A DNA stretch of 64,000 nt from Phoronis australis (GCA_002633005.1 NMRA01000097.1:322686-386685); one strand, 5' to 3'. Counted from the stretch's first letter, positions 51,510 to 64,000 are shown. Program-made: numbers and translations. The notes: generated by a model not told the origin, from the sequence alone.

Positions 51510-51579
51510 AACCGAGGCCGGATTCGAACCCGGGCCTCAACAGTTGCGAGTCGCCGACTTTACCACTACACCACTCAGC
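51510..51579 (-). repeat. tRNA-derived sequence (SINE head or tRNA pseudogene)
   Basis: Minus strand GCTGAGTGGTGTAGTGGTAAAG...GGGTTCGAATCCGGCCTCGGT with Pol III A and B boxes; poor D and anticodon stems; absent from the paralogous segment. Confidence 0.65.
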
Positions 51580-52869
51580 GGTGACGTCATCGAACGTGAA
51601 AACACAATACCTAAATGAGCACGCGCAACAATTGCATGTTCAGCAAAGGGCATTACACCGACAATTATACGCTACGAAAGCTAAGACGCATAATTTCCAT
51701 AAAAACGATATTTTAATTCAATGAAATGTTTCTCTCGTGTTCTCTCACATGTAAATCACCGATCTCCAATTTGAATGCATGTGTTGCGGTCGCGATCCTT
51801 TGACTTGAACATTATAGTCAGTTACTAGTGGTAACCTACTTTAGTAGACGATATACAGGTGTAATTGATTGAGCGATGAAACTAAAACAGCATTATAACG
51901 GATAATCAGTGTTTTCACAAGTCCACAAATACGCCATATATTAGGGATTTAGTTGAGTCCCTATTTCGGACTGTTTCATGCATCAAGTCACAGGAGTTTG
52001 CGTGCATGTCACTACAAACTATCGGAGTTGGTTTCACTCTATACTAAGTTTTTGCATTCTAATGCCAAAAAAACATTTTCCGAACCAAATTTGCTGGTGT
52101 GAAGATGTCATCCGAGAGATGTAGCAAAAGTTTAGGAAATGGCCCGTGCGGGTCTCAGGAACAAAACACTTTTCAAAACGGCGACATGCTCTTCTTTGTT
52201 ACAAAAGGCGGAGATTTACGAAAGACAATTACGTTTAAAATATTGTTTTTCACTTAAACGGCTGTAACAGGCAACGTGGCGGTTGACTCCCAGATTGTGC
52301 ATGCATTTCCCATGTCTTTAGCCCTGCATGTTGATACTAGACAGTTTCACGGTGAAGTGACGCACATAGGTACCGCAGCTGTATGCAAATTCGAGGTCTG
52401 TCGGAGATCAACACCCAGTGTTACCTACAGTAGCTGCAGTTTGACATTAGCTAAGGAAGCTGAGGTGGAGTTCGTAAGATTTGTGTGCCTTGTAATTTTT
52501 GTTCGTCAATAGGCGTAATTTCACGTAACTTCTCAAAATGGCAAGCGGATAGGGAACCTCGAGCGAACTGCCAAAGATTTTCATGGATATGTTCAAGTTA
52601 TGTTTACTAAAATAGATCCACAGTCATGATATGTGTTAATTATAACTCCATGTGCATATATGTGTGTTTTATTCGATTTTATTAGCTTTATATTGAGTAA
52701 CTGTACATGTATGGGGGTGTACTATCGCCCTTTACGCCTGCGGCATTCAGGGCCATATAACTGCCTAGTCGTGCTCAGGTTTACAACGCTACACCCATGT
52801 CAAAACTGTAGGTCTTATGATTAGGAACGAAAAGGCATATGCGTTGCAGCACTTCACTCTAACACTTAG

Positions 52870-54400
52870 GGTGGCATCAACGGCGATGACGACGACGACG
52901 GTGCGTCGAGTGCTGTGTCGCACTGGTCTACTTGGAGCAGTGGTGCGTCATCGACGAAATCTTCTGCGAAATGGAAATTGAAAAGGCAAAAAGCCTGGCA
53001 GGACAAGAGACACTTAAAGAAGAACTTGCTCTGAACAGAAAAAGCTTCATTTAGCACAGAGACTTGAGAATGAGAAGCGTAGCTGGGATCAAGAGACTGA
53101 GGAAGATCAGATTCTGTTAGAGGTACGTGAGCAAGAGATTAAACTAAAAACAGAAGTGTGACTTGCTGAGGCTCACGAGTATTTGTGTGATGAACATGGT
53201 TCCAGTTATGCCATGAAGGCTATGCTACATATTATGTCATCAGTAGTTCATACCCCTCCGAAGCCAAACGCTGTTCTACCAAATTCACATTCTATAGCGT
53301 TTCCAAAATGTGTGCTTTGTTCTGAATGCGACGTTATGCCCCCTGTTTTTGTCTCAGGTACAGCAGTCGATGTCGTTGCCAAGATTTTGAGAAGTTACAT
53401 GCACCTGACGTGAAAAATGCTATGCCATCAGAAGACTCGGCAGCCATCTGTTTCCCCCCTACATCTGAACCAGGTATTAAGAACAGCAATTCAGCCATCC
53501 CAGCCAACTGTGTTGTTTCAGAAAGAAGCATACACGGTAGGCCATTGAACCCTGGCGCTCATGTCTTCATACCAGCTTCTGCAGGTGCCAACTACGTGCT
53601 GGACGCTTATCAACAGCTTGCAAGCTCAGTGACATTACCGAAATTCAGTGGGGGCATACTTAGCTATACCGTGGCCTTTGACGCACGGGTGGTGTCTAGA
53701 GTTGCAGGAAGCTCCGACTTTCTGTACTATCTGGACCAACATCTTGTGTGTGAGCACAAGGACCTTATCGGCGGGTGCGTATACTGCCACCAGACTAGGG
53801 TTACTTTACGGCTAGGAAGCTTTTAGACATAGAATAGGGTGACCAGTATAAGATTTCTAACGCCTACATGAAGAAGCTGAGACAACGGCCTGCAGTCAAA
53901 GGTGATGACGCAGTGGGTCTGCGACAGCTAACTCATTTTCTTCAGAAGTGTCGCCACGCCATGTTTGGTGTTTCATCTTTAGATGTGCTTAATCACATCT
54001 CCAACCTACAGACTGTGATGCTCAAATTGCCACCATACCTGCAAAATAAGTGGAGAGACAAGGTTGCCCAACTGAAGTTTGCAGCCATCATCAAAACGTT
54101 TCTGGACATGGTCGACTTAATTCATCGAGCTCAGCAAGCTGCCAGTGATCCAGTGTTTGGAAGAGAAGCAGTGGCGGAGAGACCCTATCAGGACAAATTT
54201 CACGAATAATCGACGTACATGTATACAGAACTTTTCTACCGAAACTATGCGTTTTGATTGGTCAGTTACGACGTCACTCAAAATCCTGACAATGGGTCCA
54301 ATTATGAGAAAGCACAACTTGACGTAGTAGCATTTGGTTCTGGGCATGGTAACAATGATGATATCCTCACCTGACGGCAGCCTTGTTTGCAAAAACATTT
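52870..54400 (+). mobile_element. BEL/Pao LTR retrotransposon gag remnant (DUF1759-like)
   Basis: Coiled-coil segment, LNPGAHVFIP, LPKFSG, FLYYLDQHL, LRQLTHFLQKC, KLPPYLQNKW and ASDPVFG, with stops and frameshifts. Confidence 0.85.
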
Positions 54401-55779
54401 GATTTCCCAAAAGTGTGTTTTAGTCCCTTCAAATTTCGAAGCACACGTGCTCAAACAATTTATCCGCACTATAACTCCGCCACATGCGCATAACCTATTG
54501 GCACTGAGTAATTTCCTGGTGACGTTCACCTTAACGATTGAAAATTTAGTTCAGCCAAAAGAGAAAAAAATAGGTTAAGACAGAAAAATTATGGTAAACA
54601 AAGCCTTTCAAGAAGTTTCCAAATTTGAAACGCTTACAAAAGTGGTTTCATGTGAACTTTCTATCCGCCTGTGGTAGAATTATCTCGCACATAATTGTTT
54701 GTGTTCTTAGTATTATCATCCAAATTTATTGTAACTTGTGCCTTTCAATGAACATTTATCGCCTGTTCTTCTGGAAAAGTAAAAGAGTTATATCAGAATA
54801 TGAGCGTTATAGAAACTCGCGATTCATTACCGTGGCAACCAGTTCCAAATTAAAAACACCAAGGAACAACCCTACCACTCCATCATCTTTCAAATTGAAA
54901 CACATCAAACATGATATGGTTATAGATTAGCTGATCTGGTGTTACGGGCATTTCTTGGTAGATACAAGCTACGTACATGTAAAATATGGACGACCAATCG
55001 AGTCATGTTCCACTGTGGTTTGGTGTAAAAGATCGTCAGATATTGCTGCCTGTCTGCCCCTGGTGAACAAGGAATGTAACACGAAAGCTCGTCAAAATTA
55101 TTTTTAAATAATTTGTGACTAAAGTACCATCTTGCAAAGTCTAGTATAGTGTAATTCACTTTCCTATACGTAGAAATTTCTGGAGAAAATCACAAATTCA
55201 CGATTTTTTAAAATTATGTAGTTACCGCAGAGTATAATTCTCCACTTGTGATCAATCGAGAACATGCGCTCACAGTTGGTTACTTGAATTCGTTTATGGT
55301 CAAAGTTCACGTTTTCCGTATCAGGGAAATGTGCTACGTCTATGTTTTGCCATACGAAATAAAGAGACATGGGAGAAAAAATGACAAAATGTCGAGCAGT
55401 TGACATAGTTTCAGAAATTTGAAACTAAGCGTAAATGATTCGATAAAAACAGAGATGCAAAATCTTTACGCAAAACCCCTAAAAATATCCAATGAGCTTG
55501 TTGAATTCTGTCTCAGTTGCAGAGAACCACATTTATTACTAAAATTCAATAGTCTGGTTATCGCGTTCTAGGTCTCTTGAAAATGAAATCAAGAATGTCG
55601 AGGCGTTCCGTTTGTGGTAAATAAAGCAACGTAGTGTTTGACCTTGTTGTGGCTCTTTCGCTTTTCCACGGGATTTAGAAACAAGTTTGTACGTCAAGAA
55701 ACACGTATGTTGGTTGAAATGATACACAGACGCTGTGTAGTTGTGTACGCTACTCTCACGTCAATGTAGTTTAAACATT

Positions 55780-56455
55780 TTCAGTTGAGTTCCATTTTCT
55801 TCAATTTCCGCGTGTTTGGGATATCATAGTAATGAGTGCGATATACAATTTACATGGAAGAAATGCAATTTTAAAATTAAACAACAAATAACGATCAATA
55901 ACAGCATTACAGTATTTAATCGTATAACTGAATTGATTTTGTCCATGAGAAAGACGCTTAAACGATCAAGCTAATATAAATTAAAAATCATTGGCAAGTG
56001 CATTCATGTGCTCACGGAAAATTTAAACACTCATCACAATTGAACATAAAGAAGACAGTATCGTCACGGTTATTGTCGTCATGGAATTAATCTATGAAAC
56101 ACCATCACCTATCACTCACCACCTGGATGTCCACATCAATGCAAGCAACCAGTTTGTCATGCAGGTCCTTACAGACATCTCTGTATTTTATACAAAACAT
56201 CTAGAAAACTAAAGATTTTGACTTAGTAAAGTATATATTTTTTAATTTAATTGTTCACATTTAACAATCTGTCATCAATAAGTGCCTTATGCTACCATAT
56301 CATTTTTTAATATGTAGCAAAATCAGTGGAACATTAATATTGAAAAAACGGTATCCATAACTTGAACAAATTCCATTTCATATAAAATCTGAAAGACGAT
56401 TCCTAAAACGTTTTAACACTTCAACCTAACTACACCACTTTGTTTGCATTTCAAA
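55780..56455 (+). repeat. Duplicate of the upstream flank 46100-46935
   Basis: Shared strings ggaaaatttaaacactcat..aacataaagaagaca, ggaacattaatatt..aaaacggtat.cataacttgaaca and cgtgtttgggat. Confidence 0.8.
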
Positions 56456-59400
56456 AGTCCTATTTTATCCCGTCACGCAAAGAGGGACCAATTTAAAATC
56501 ATTGCATAGCACAACTTTTGAGAGTAGTGCATAATGCATAATGTCGAAAAGATTCATGTTATTCCAACTAGCCATTTCCGAGTTAAAATGCTTCCAAATT
56601 TGAACATTTTGTTTGGGTCTTACATGTACATGACCGTAAATTAGCATGTCCCGAGATTGGCCGATGAGACTGTTTAGTTTCGCATCAAATCGATTTTTGT
56701 ACGTGATACATCAAAAAATCCACAAGCGAACGTGTCGACTTATATTGTCGGAAAAAATTGCTGTCAAAATTTGTTTTTCCTTTAAAATAAACTTATTTGT
56801 AAAAACTCAAAATGATTATATTTCATAAAATCTTGTATTGAATTACAAATGATTAAAAACCTATCAAACTGAGTGAAAAACAAAGTCTTCGCATCTTTAA
56901 ACAAGCGGTGTAGTTGTTAAAAGAACAAAACGATTTCCAATCAGACTTGACTATAAGTCCCATGACCTTGAACGGATTAGTATTTTCATGAAACACGTTG
57001 CTGCGTCAAACACTGATGTCTTTGACTTTCATGCAAAATTGCCTGTTAGGTTTCAACGACGAGAACTGAAACACCAGAAGCCCTTGTATTCTTGCAACAA
57101 TAGAAATTAAAAATATAACTCAAGGAATGATATTCAATGAATTCAATGCCTAAGGAGTAATCTATGTACTGGAATCTAAACACGAAAGTCGACCAGTTTC
57201 TGGGCGTACTTCGAATAACATTAAGGAAGGATATTAACCCCTAGCTAGAGGAGTTAGGATGCAACGTCGAAATGGAAATGCTATTTCAAAGATTGTTGCG
57301 TCTATGATACAATGATTATGCAAATGCTTTTATATTAAACAATTGGATTAATCATATAGCTTGATAGAGTTGCTAATATGAAATTTCACTTTTATTCAAC
57401 TCTGGCGTTACTACCGTATTTTGCATCTAGTTATAGCCATGCTCAAGCGTCTATGGTCGAACTAAGTGAGAAAAACTATGCTTGAAATTCATTCGATATG
57501 TTTTCACCCCAGTCACAACTTTAAATATTCTCATCTTTTGAACCAAAATGCATGAACAAGTACATCATTTGTTTGTAATTTTAAACAGCTTTTGTTTTTC
57601 AGTGGAACAGTTGGTTTTTGTAGTGTGTGTGTATGTCAACCAAATATTTCGATAATTGCCTTTTGATTATTATCCAATGTTTAAATATTAAAGTAATTTT
57701 TTCATCAATTGCAAATTTGAAAACAATAAAACCAATGGCAACAGTTCTCAATGTTTGAAAACAATGAAATCGACTTGTTAACCAATTGTCCTGCTAACTC
57801 ACAGGAGCTTAGCAGGATGTCCTGATCTTTGTTATACACTAGGAGATGGGCTGTCAAACTAGGCGAAGAAATCTTATGCACAGGTGAAAGTGCACGCGTT
57901 TGGTAAGGAAATGTGCAAAGAACAGCAACCTGGCCTATAGACGATTAGACAAAGACACCTATATGTGAAATACTTGTGTAAACTTAACTAATTCCATTAT
58001 TTTGACTATAGACGTGTGGGACTAACTAAGGGGGTGTTTTTAAAGCTAGAATTGTCTGCTCTCACTCTCTTACAGTTTTTGGCGTACGAAAAGCGTTCTG
58101 TGAATTACCTCTGAAACCCTCCCCAGAAGGTAAAATTGATAGTTTCGCCCTGCCACTTGAATCCCAGAGGTATGTTCGGCATGCAAAGGTAACCGATATT
58201 CTTACATGTCTTGGGTGTGTTACGACACGACCGTTTAATAATATCAAGTACGTAATTTTTGATATTGCATTGGCGAATCACAAAGTAGTGCAAAAAATCC
58301 ACATGCCATACATTTTATCGTCTGCAAAACACGAATACCAACTACCAAACGCGCGCCAACCAAACAATGCCGGAATCCCGTGAGGATGACAAGGTTACGA
58401 TTCACATGACCTCATCGTCATCCTTGAAATTACTCGGTGAGGACACGTAGAGACTGCATCCACGCTATCACGCACATCAGTACAAAAACAGAGAATTCCT
58501 AAATCCCNCCCTCTCCCTCTCCCTGTCTCTCTCTCAACATTTGTTTGCGTTTACTGACGAAATTGGGAAACCTGTAAAATACATTTTTATTGTCAGTGTA
58601 CTGTTTTATAGTTGTTTAAATGGCAACGATCATGAGTGTTACACAGTGCGCCCAGTAAAGACGTGGTGTCACGGTGTGGCTCAGACGACCCCGTCGTTGC
58701 GTTTTTCAAGAAGGACTAGCTTCGCACGGTTACCACGTAAAGGCCGTGCTGTTATGAATACTTTTAAGTATGGTTTGCTATTATCATCCATTTTCGATGC
58801 AGGTCTCCGTGAAGCACGCGACCGCAGCATACGGCTTACGGCTACAAGGCGGCGAACGAATGCCCATAAATTACGGAGGCCGCTCATAGCTATACTCAAA
58901 TTCCGGAAAATTATTCAACGTTGACATTGCATCTATAATTTATCTCGCTAAGGAATGTCGAGTACGAGGACTAGTGGGCGTAGAGGGTAAAAATAGGCCG
59001 CTGACGAACACCCCCGAATTGTGTTTGGCTGCGAGAAAGTAGCGCGATCGCCACATAGACGAAGTCACGAATCTTTAAGGCAAGGAACAAAAAAAAAACT
59101 CGTCGAGGTTTACGGCTGCCGGACCTGGCGCTATTCCGTCGCGGGAACGAATGAGAATGAAGCGTTGTGCGGGAATGGATGTATTCGCTGCCGCTCTCGA
59201 GTTGTTTCTGTCCGACGGAGCCGAATGTCAACATCCGGGTCCGAAATAAGTGTTTAAATACATAGATAACAGCGTTGGGCAAAATCCCAAGGAAAAGACG
59301 TAATACGCACCCTACATGTACATGTAAGTTACAGAATAGCACTACTGTACATGTAGATTGGTATTCTTAGCAACGGTAACCACTTTAGTTTACTCGAGGA

Positions 59401-60299
59401 CGGGTGAAATTTTAGATGGCACGAGGTTTGTACCAGAATTGTTTGATCAAAGGTTTACCTACATCGGTGGAAAGTTAAGTCTTTGTATAGCTTTGCACCA
59501 AAACTACTTGTACTACATCCTATACTTCCAACTTACAGACTTCCAACACTGTTGGATTCATGATTGATTTAATGGTCACCATTAACAATGAGATTCCTTT
59601 GGGGTCACAAGTATTCTGATGGTCACTATCTCCGAACTTATGGAGAGGAAAACTTCTTACAAATTCTTTCGTGCGGCATGTAGTCTCCCAGAAAGTGTAG
59701 CGAGAAAACTTTTAGGAAGACGTCCGTATCTTTGAAAGCGACACAATACGAAAAAGTGAGCGGCAATCGAGAGTTCCTTTCAATAAGTTTATCAATTCAC
59801 CAACCAGCTCGTTGCACACGTATATAAATAAAATGTTGCATATCGTCACCTGCCATTAGACAGGTGGACCGAGTTTTGGGGTTTTTGCTCTCATTTTGCA
59901 CATATCAGGTCACGTGATGTGATAACAAAGATGGCGGATTGAACGAGATAAACTATTTCCAACAGCTTAATGATGTCCGTGAAATATCTAATCGACTGGA
60001 CGAGTAGCTAAATATATATCTCGATTTCGGTTTATTCTGTATACAGTGCTAAGAGCACGAAATATTCGTAGAAAATAGACATATGAGAGGTATAATATAC
60101 ATGTTGATTAACGTAAACCAAAAACTAAAAATGATAAGTAACTGAGATGGATGACGAAAACAACCACTATAACAACAGGATTACAAAATAAATTGATGCG
60201 CTGGTGGGCGACGAGAGGCCGAGTAATCAAAGAATCGTTAGGTTTGCAACATCGGATGAACTGACTTGAGCTTATATTGGGTACAACTGAATGTGCAAT

Positions 60300-61150
60300 T
60301 TATAAAATTCAAAATCCGCCTTCCACGAACCCCTCGACTCACGGTCAAAAACCCCTCGTATCAGACTACGGAAGGTTGACTCGATCTAAATTTGAAGCGA
60401 TGACTTGTAGGACCAACAAGTTGGACCTTAAGGTCGAATGGCTTTTCCTTGTTTTTGTAAAAAAGAGAATCGTATAGGCAAGTTTGAAAGCCGAAAACAG
60501 AACAAATTCCGCGACCAAACCAAATCAAAGACCTTCCAACCTTAAATGTGTCGTTCCGTAATCGTCTCGTCTGCTCTTCAGCAAACGTCAAGCATACCTT
60601 TTTGGGAGGGTGCGAGGAACCGACGAATATGCAATTCCTTCAGTAAATACATTTTGAAAAAACGAACCGTTAACTATCTTAACGTTACATAGATATAATG
60701 TGTAATGATGCCCAATCACTATCTACCTAAGTTTAGCGGAGAAGAGCCATTTGTAGCCTCCCGTGGACATACAAGTATCTGCATGATGACGATAGCACGC
60801 TTAAAGTTTGCTATTTGAGATAGAGTTCTGACAAGACTTTCTAGCTTGACCTTCATGATTGAGTCAGAGCAGATATGCATGCAGGTAAAACTTATGTAAA
60901 AGTCATTCAGTGATTTACCTAAACATCATTCAACAAAGAATGGACTCACCAGAGACAGCCCAAGAGTTGTTATCTCTGCCGTGAAAGATGTTAAAGTTGA
61001 GTCTCCGATGAGTTGCCAACAGTCATTAGTACGGTGCGGGGTTTTAGACGCTCTGCGGCTGGGTTAAAGATCTTTTATAGGCCTAACTATCTCCAATTCC
61101 CGTACCAGGATGAATTTGAGTCGAGGGGGTCGTGGAAGGTGGATTTTGAG
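60300..61150. mobile_element. TIR element family B, degenerate copy 3
   Basis: ttgactcgatct, ggcaagtttgaaagcc and taatcgtctcgtctgctcttcag match 24680-24905. Confidence 0.6.
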
Positions 61151-61346
61151 TTTTATAAATCATACGATATGTTTAAAAATGGTAAAGATACATCTGTTGC
61201 ATCAGGTTGTGTGTCAAGGGGGTTGTGCATCGAGGGGATCGTGTTAACATTTCTCCCTTTGAAATGACTGTCGTTGATCAATACAGTGCAGGTTGGTCTC
61301 GCGTGATTATACTTTCTGAAAGTGTCGTTTTCGAGAACACACTTAC

Positions 61347-61560
61347 ACAGTGAAACATGATGTTGGTTAATGGTCACGTTATCCGTCCTGTGGAACAGAT
61401 TTTGATAAACTAGTGTTGAAAAAGGTCCATTCGTTTAACATTCGGCTCCGTTAAAGGTCTGGTACAGTCGGGAACTTCCAGGTAAGCTATACTGTCGCAA
61501 ATCTTCGTTGAACTGTACCACTAGCAAATTCTGAGATGACCTCTTGGTGTATGTGTCCGA
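61347..61560 (-). pseudogene. Third copy of exon 11 with a premature stop
   Basis: SDTYTKRSSQNLLVVQFNEDLRQ...TFNGAEC* (TAA). Length of 214 nt and both splice sites are retained. No exon 12 copy was seen downstream. Confidence 0.85.
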
Positions 61561-61632
61561 CTGCGAACGACATGAAATAAACCACAACGTCTCATTGAAT
61601 AACAACCTGGACTTTATGCCATAGTGTGGAAG

Positions 61633-61659
61633 CAATGAGCTATACCAGATAGCTCATTG
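61633..61659. mobile_element. 27-bp hairpin insertion with 7-bp target duplication
   Basis: GTGGAAG|CAATGAGCTAT-ACCAG-ATAGCTCATTG|GTGGAAG. Confidence 0.7.
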
Positions 61660-62849
61660 GTGGAAGTGAGCAAAAGTAGGTTAAGCTTTAGGCAACACGT
61701 AGCCACTCAGTTGCCTGGATACGGGCTACATTACTCCCCTAAGCTTTCTGTACTAATGTCGTCCCGTCTATTTCAAACGGACGTTTGGCGAAATCCGCTT
61801 ACCTACTAAGAGGTCTCCACATCGTAAAAATGTTTGCTCTTTTAAAATATCCATTAAAAAGCGCACATTTTTTCAGAGATCCTTTCTTGTTCTATGCATA
61901 TCTTCAATAAAGCATCACTACGGGAATTAAGATGGCTAATTGACCTATCGCTTGGAGTTTGAGTGACGGCTTAACTGACCATTTAGAACGCAGCATTTTT
62001 GACACACGTTCGTTTCCAAGCCGCCATTTTACCCGACAAACTACACGTTGCCGAGTAAATTTATTGTTTCTTAGTCTACATTACGCAAGGGTGCGGAGTT
62101 TGAGGTTGGTCATTTGGCAAATAATTCAAATTCCGCATCTCCATTATGCTCACCGTTAACTTCTTTCGAGCGCGATAACCACAAAGTATTTCAACTGACG
62201 CCGCGTGATTAGGCAAAGTCGAATAGGGACAAAGTGAAGTGCGTGACCTGGAGCGTGACACTTGAATGAAGATGAGGTGGAGTTTGCAGGATGTGTGTCC
62301 CATGTACGTTTTTGTTCGTCACCTGGCGTGATTTCACGTAACTTCCTCAGAATGGCGCCCGTTGTGCGAAGCTCAAGACAAGTGCCAACGATTTTCATCT
62401 TTATGTTCGAGTTATCTTGACAAACTATTATCCAGAGTCATGTGTTAATTACAACCCCATGTTCATTTAAGCAGGTTACATTTAATGGTATTCGCTATAT
62501 TTCGACTTATCCTATGAGGGTGTACTATCGCCCCTGTATGCCAGCAGTATCCAGGGCTACATGTACAGTATGTACATGTAATTGCCTAGTCGTGCTCAGT
62601 TTTATAACCCTACATCTGTTCCAAAACTGCAGCTCTCATGACTAGGAACGAAAAGATATGTGCCTTACAGCACGCCAGTTTAGCACCTAATTAAGAGCTA
62701 CACGGCGGATTATGACTGAGATGTTTGATGGATTACAAGAATCACATACACTTTTTACAATTTTGAGAACCTTATAGCACTTAATTGAATACAGGACCTG
62801 CATGCGAGATTCCAAACAATCATTCCTTCTGCCACTCTGCTAATGCACC

Positions 62850-63304
62850 TGTAACGGGGGCGGTACGACCAAGGCGCCCCGATTTTACGAGCCCGGTGCG
62901 GACTGAGGGTGATATTGAAAACTAAAAGTTGGTGAATAATACATAAGTTTATTGTAAGAATATATGACTACAATATTTCACACTTACAAGCAATCCAGTT
63001 GTTCCATGATTTAGTATCGCAGCGTTGTGATTTATGCAGTTCTGATATACGGGCAAGCCAGTCGCTGATTAATACTTGTGTGTGCAAGAACGGGGCAATT
63101 TGGTTATTCAGATCCGAAAGGTGAGGTACAATCAAGCTCGGGAGGAGCCCGAGAATTGCTGGGGATAAACTATTGGCAACCAAGTTCGGGAGGAGCCCGA
63201 AAGCTGCACAAACAGTTGCAATTTGGTGTGAGTGAAGGTGTACATGTTTGCTTCTTGAGCTCTGCGACTGGACTCCTCGTGTCTGACAGAGACAAAGCTT
63301 AAGT
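62850..63304 (-). mobile_element. Probable LTR end running into the assembly gap
   Basis: Similarity to the paralogous segment stops at TGTAAC (62850); minus-strand AATAAA about 100 nt inside; internal duplicated motif CAAG(C/T)TCGGGAGGAGCCCGA. Confidence 0.5.
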
Positions 63305-63767
63305 NNNNNNNNNNNNNNNNNNNNNNNNNNNNNNNNNNNNNNNNNNNNNNNNNNNNNNNNNNNNNNNNNNNNNNNNNNNNNNNNNNNNNNNNNNNNNNNN
63401 NNNNNNNNNNNNNNNNNNNNNNNNNNNNNNNNNNNNNNNNNNNNNNNNNNNNNNNNNNNNNNNNNNNNNNNNNNNNNNNNNNNNNNNNNNNNNNNNNNNN
63501 NNNNNNNNNNNNNNNNNNNNNNNNNNNNNNNNNNNNNNNNNNNNNNNNNNNNNNNNNNNNNNNNNNNNNNNNNNNNNNNNNNNNNNNNNNNNNNNNNNNN
63601 NNNNNNNNNNNNNNNNNNNNNNNNNNNNNNNNNNNNNNNNNNNNNNNNNNNNNNNNNNNNNNNNNNNNNNNNNNNNNNNNNNNNNNNNNNNNNNNNNNNN
63701 NNNNNNNNNNNNNNNNNNNNNNNNNNNNNNNNNNNNNNNNNNNNNNNNNNNNNNNNNNNNNNNNNNT
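63305..63767. other. Assembly gap (N run)
   Basis: 463 N; smaller N at 918-922 and 58508. Confidence 1.
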
Positions 63768-64000
63768 ATATACAATTAAGTAGTATCTAAAATAAGTATT
63801 CCAATACTTAGACATGCTATTACAGATATATAAAAACAAAAATATTTACAGATTCAAGTAGGGAAATCAGATGCAACAATATTGATAAACGGTACATAAA
63901 AATTTGCTAACGTTGCTTAGGAGGAATTTGTTGAGAACAAAGTCAAGGTTAGGACTACCATTCAGTAATAATGTGACTCTAGTAGGGATATTATTACAAG

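Larger units (their letters stand above)
47094..52858 (+). repeat. Segmental duplicate of about 4995-11066 (same orientation)
   Basis: Collinear similarity across 3' flank, exons, introns and embedded MITEs, for example 5081-5160 vs 47180-47260, 6541-6720 vs 48661-48850 and 10661-10800 vs 52475-52600. Confidence 0.95.
61255..62849 (+). repeat. Third, more diverged partial duplicate (matches about 7065-7375, 9425-9500 and 10655-11215)
   Basis: Shared blocks such as gaaatgactgtcgttgat, tttcacgtaacttc and gtgtactatcgccc; similarity ends at the TGTAAC at 62850. Confidence 0.85.

Noticed and set aside
51510-51579. Functional tRNA gene
   Set aside because: D-stem and anticodon stem pair poorly, and it lies in a copy-specific insertion.
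58541-59342. Overlapping GC-richer ORFs as a THAP or other gene
   Set aside because: No complete THAP C2CH pattern or other motif in any frame I read.
63132-63839. Long ORFs of 235 and 158 aa
   Set aside because: Artefacts of translating the N gap.

Overview
Eukaryotic, AT-rich, repeat-rich genomic DNA that looks like a marine invertebrate; the species cannot be told from the sequence. There are no prokaryotic genes, rRNA or CRISPR arrays. The main feature is one minus-strand, 12-exon gene (about 45112 to 6282). All splice phases are compatible with GT..AG boundaries. It encodes a predicted secreted protein of roughly 660 aa: signal peptide, PAN/Apple-like domain, short Cys-rich module, CTHRC1-C-like domain, fibronectin type II domain, then two more CTHRC1-C-like domains. 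It has no collagen helix. Upstream are two decayed tandem duplicates of the 3' part of this gene (47.1-52.9 kb and 61.3-62.8 kb). Introns and intergenic DNA contain non-autonomous DNA transposons (Kolobok-like with TTAA target duplications, Harbinger-like MITEs, a CACTA-like element), a decayed CR1-group LINE, a BEL/Pao gag remnant, a tRNA-derived repeat and a probable LTR next to an assembly gap. Comparing duplicated segments shows recurrent +6 bp CATGTA insertions at TA sites, creating TACATGTA, which resembles transposon excision footprints. All alignments were done by eye.
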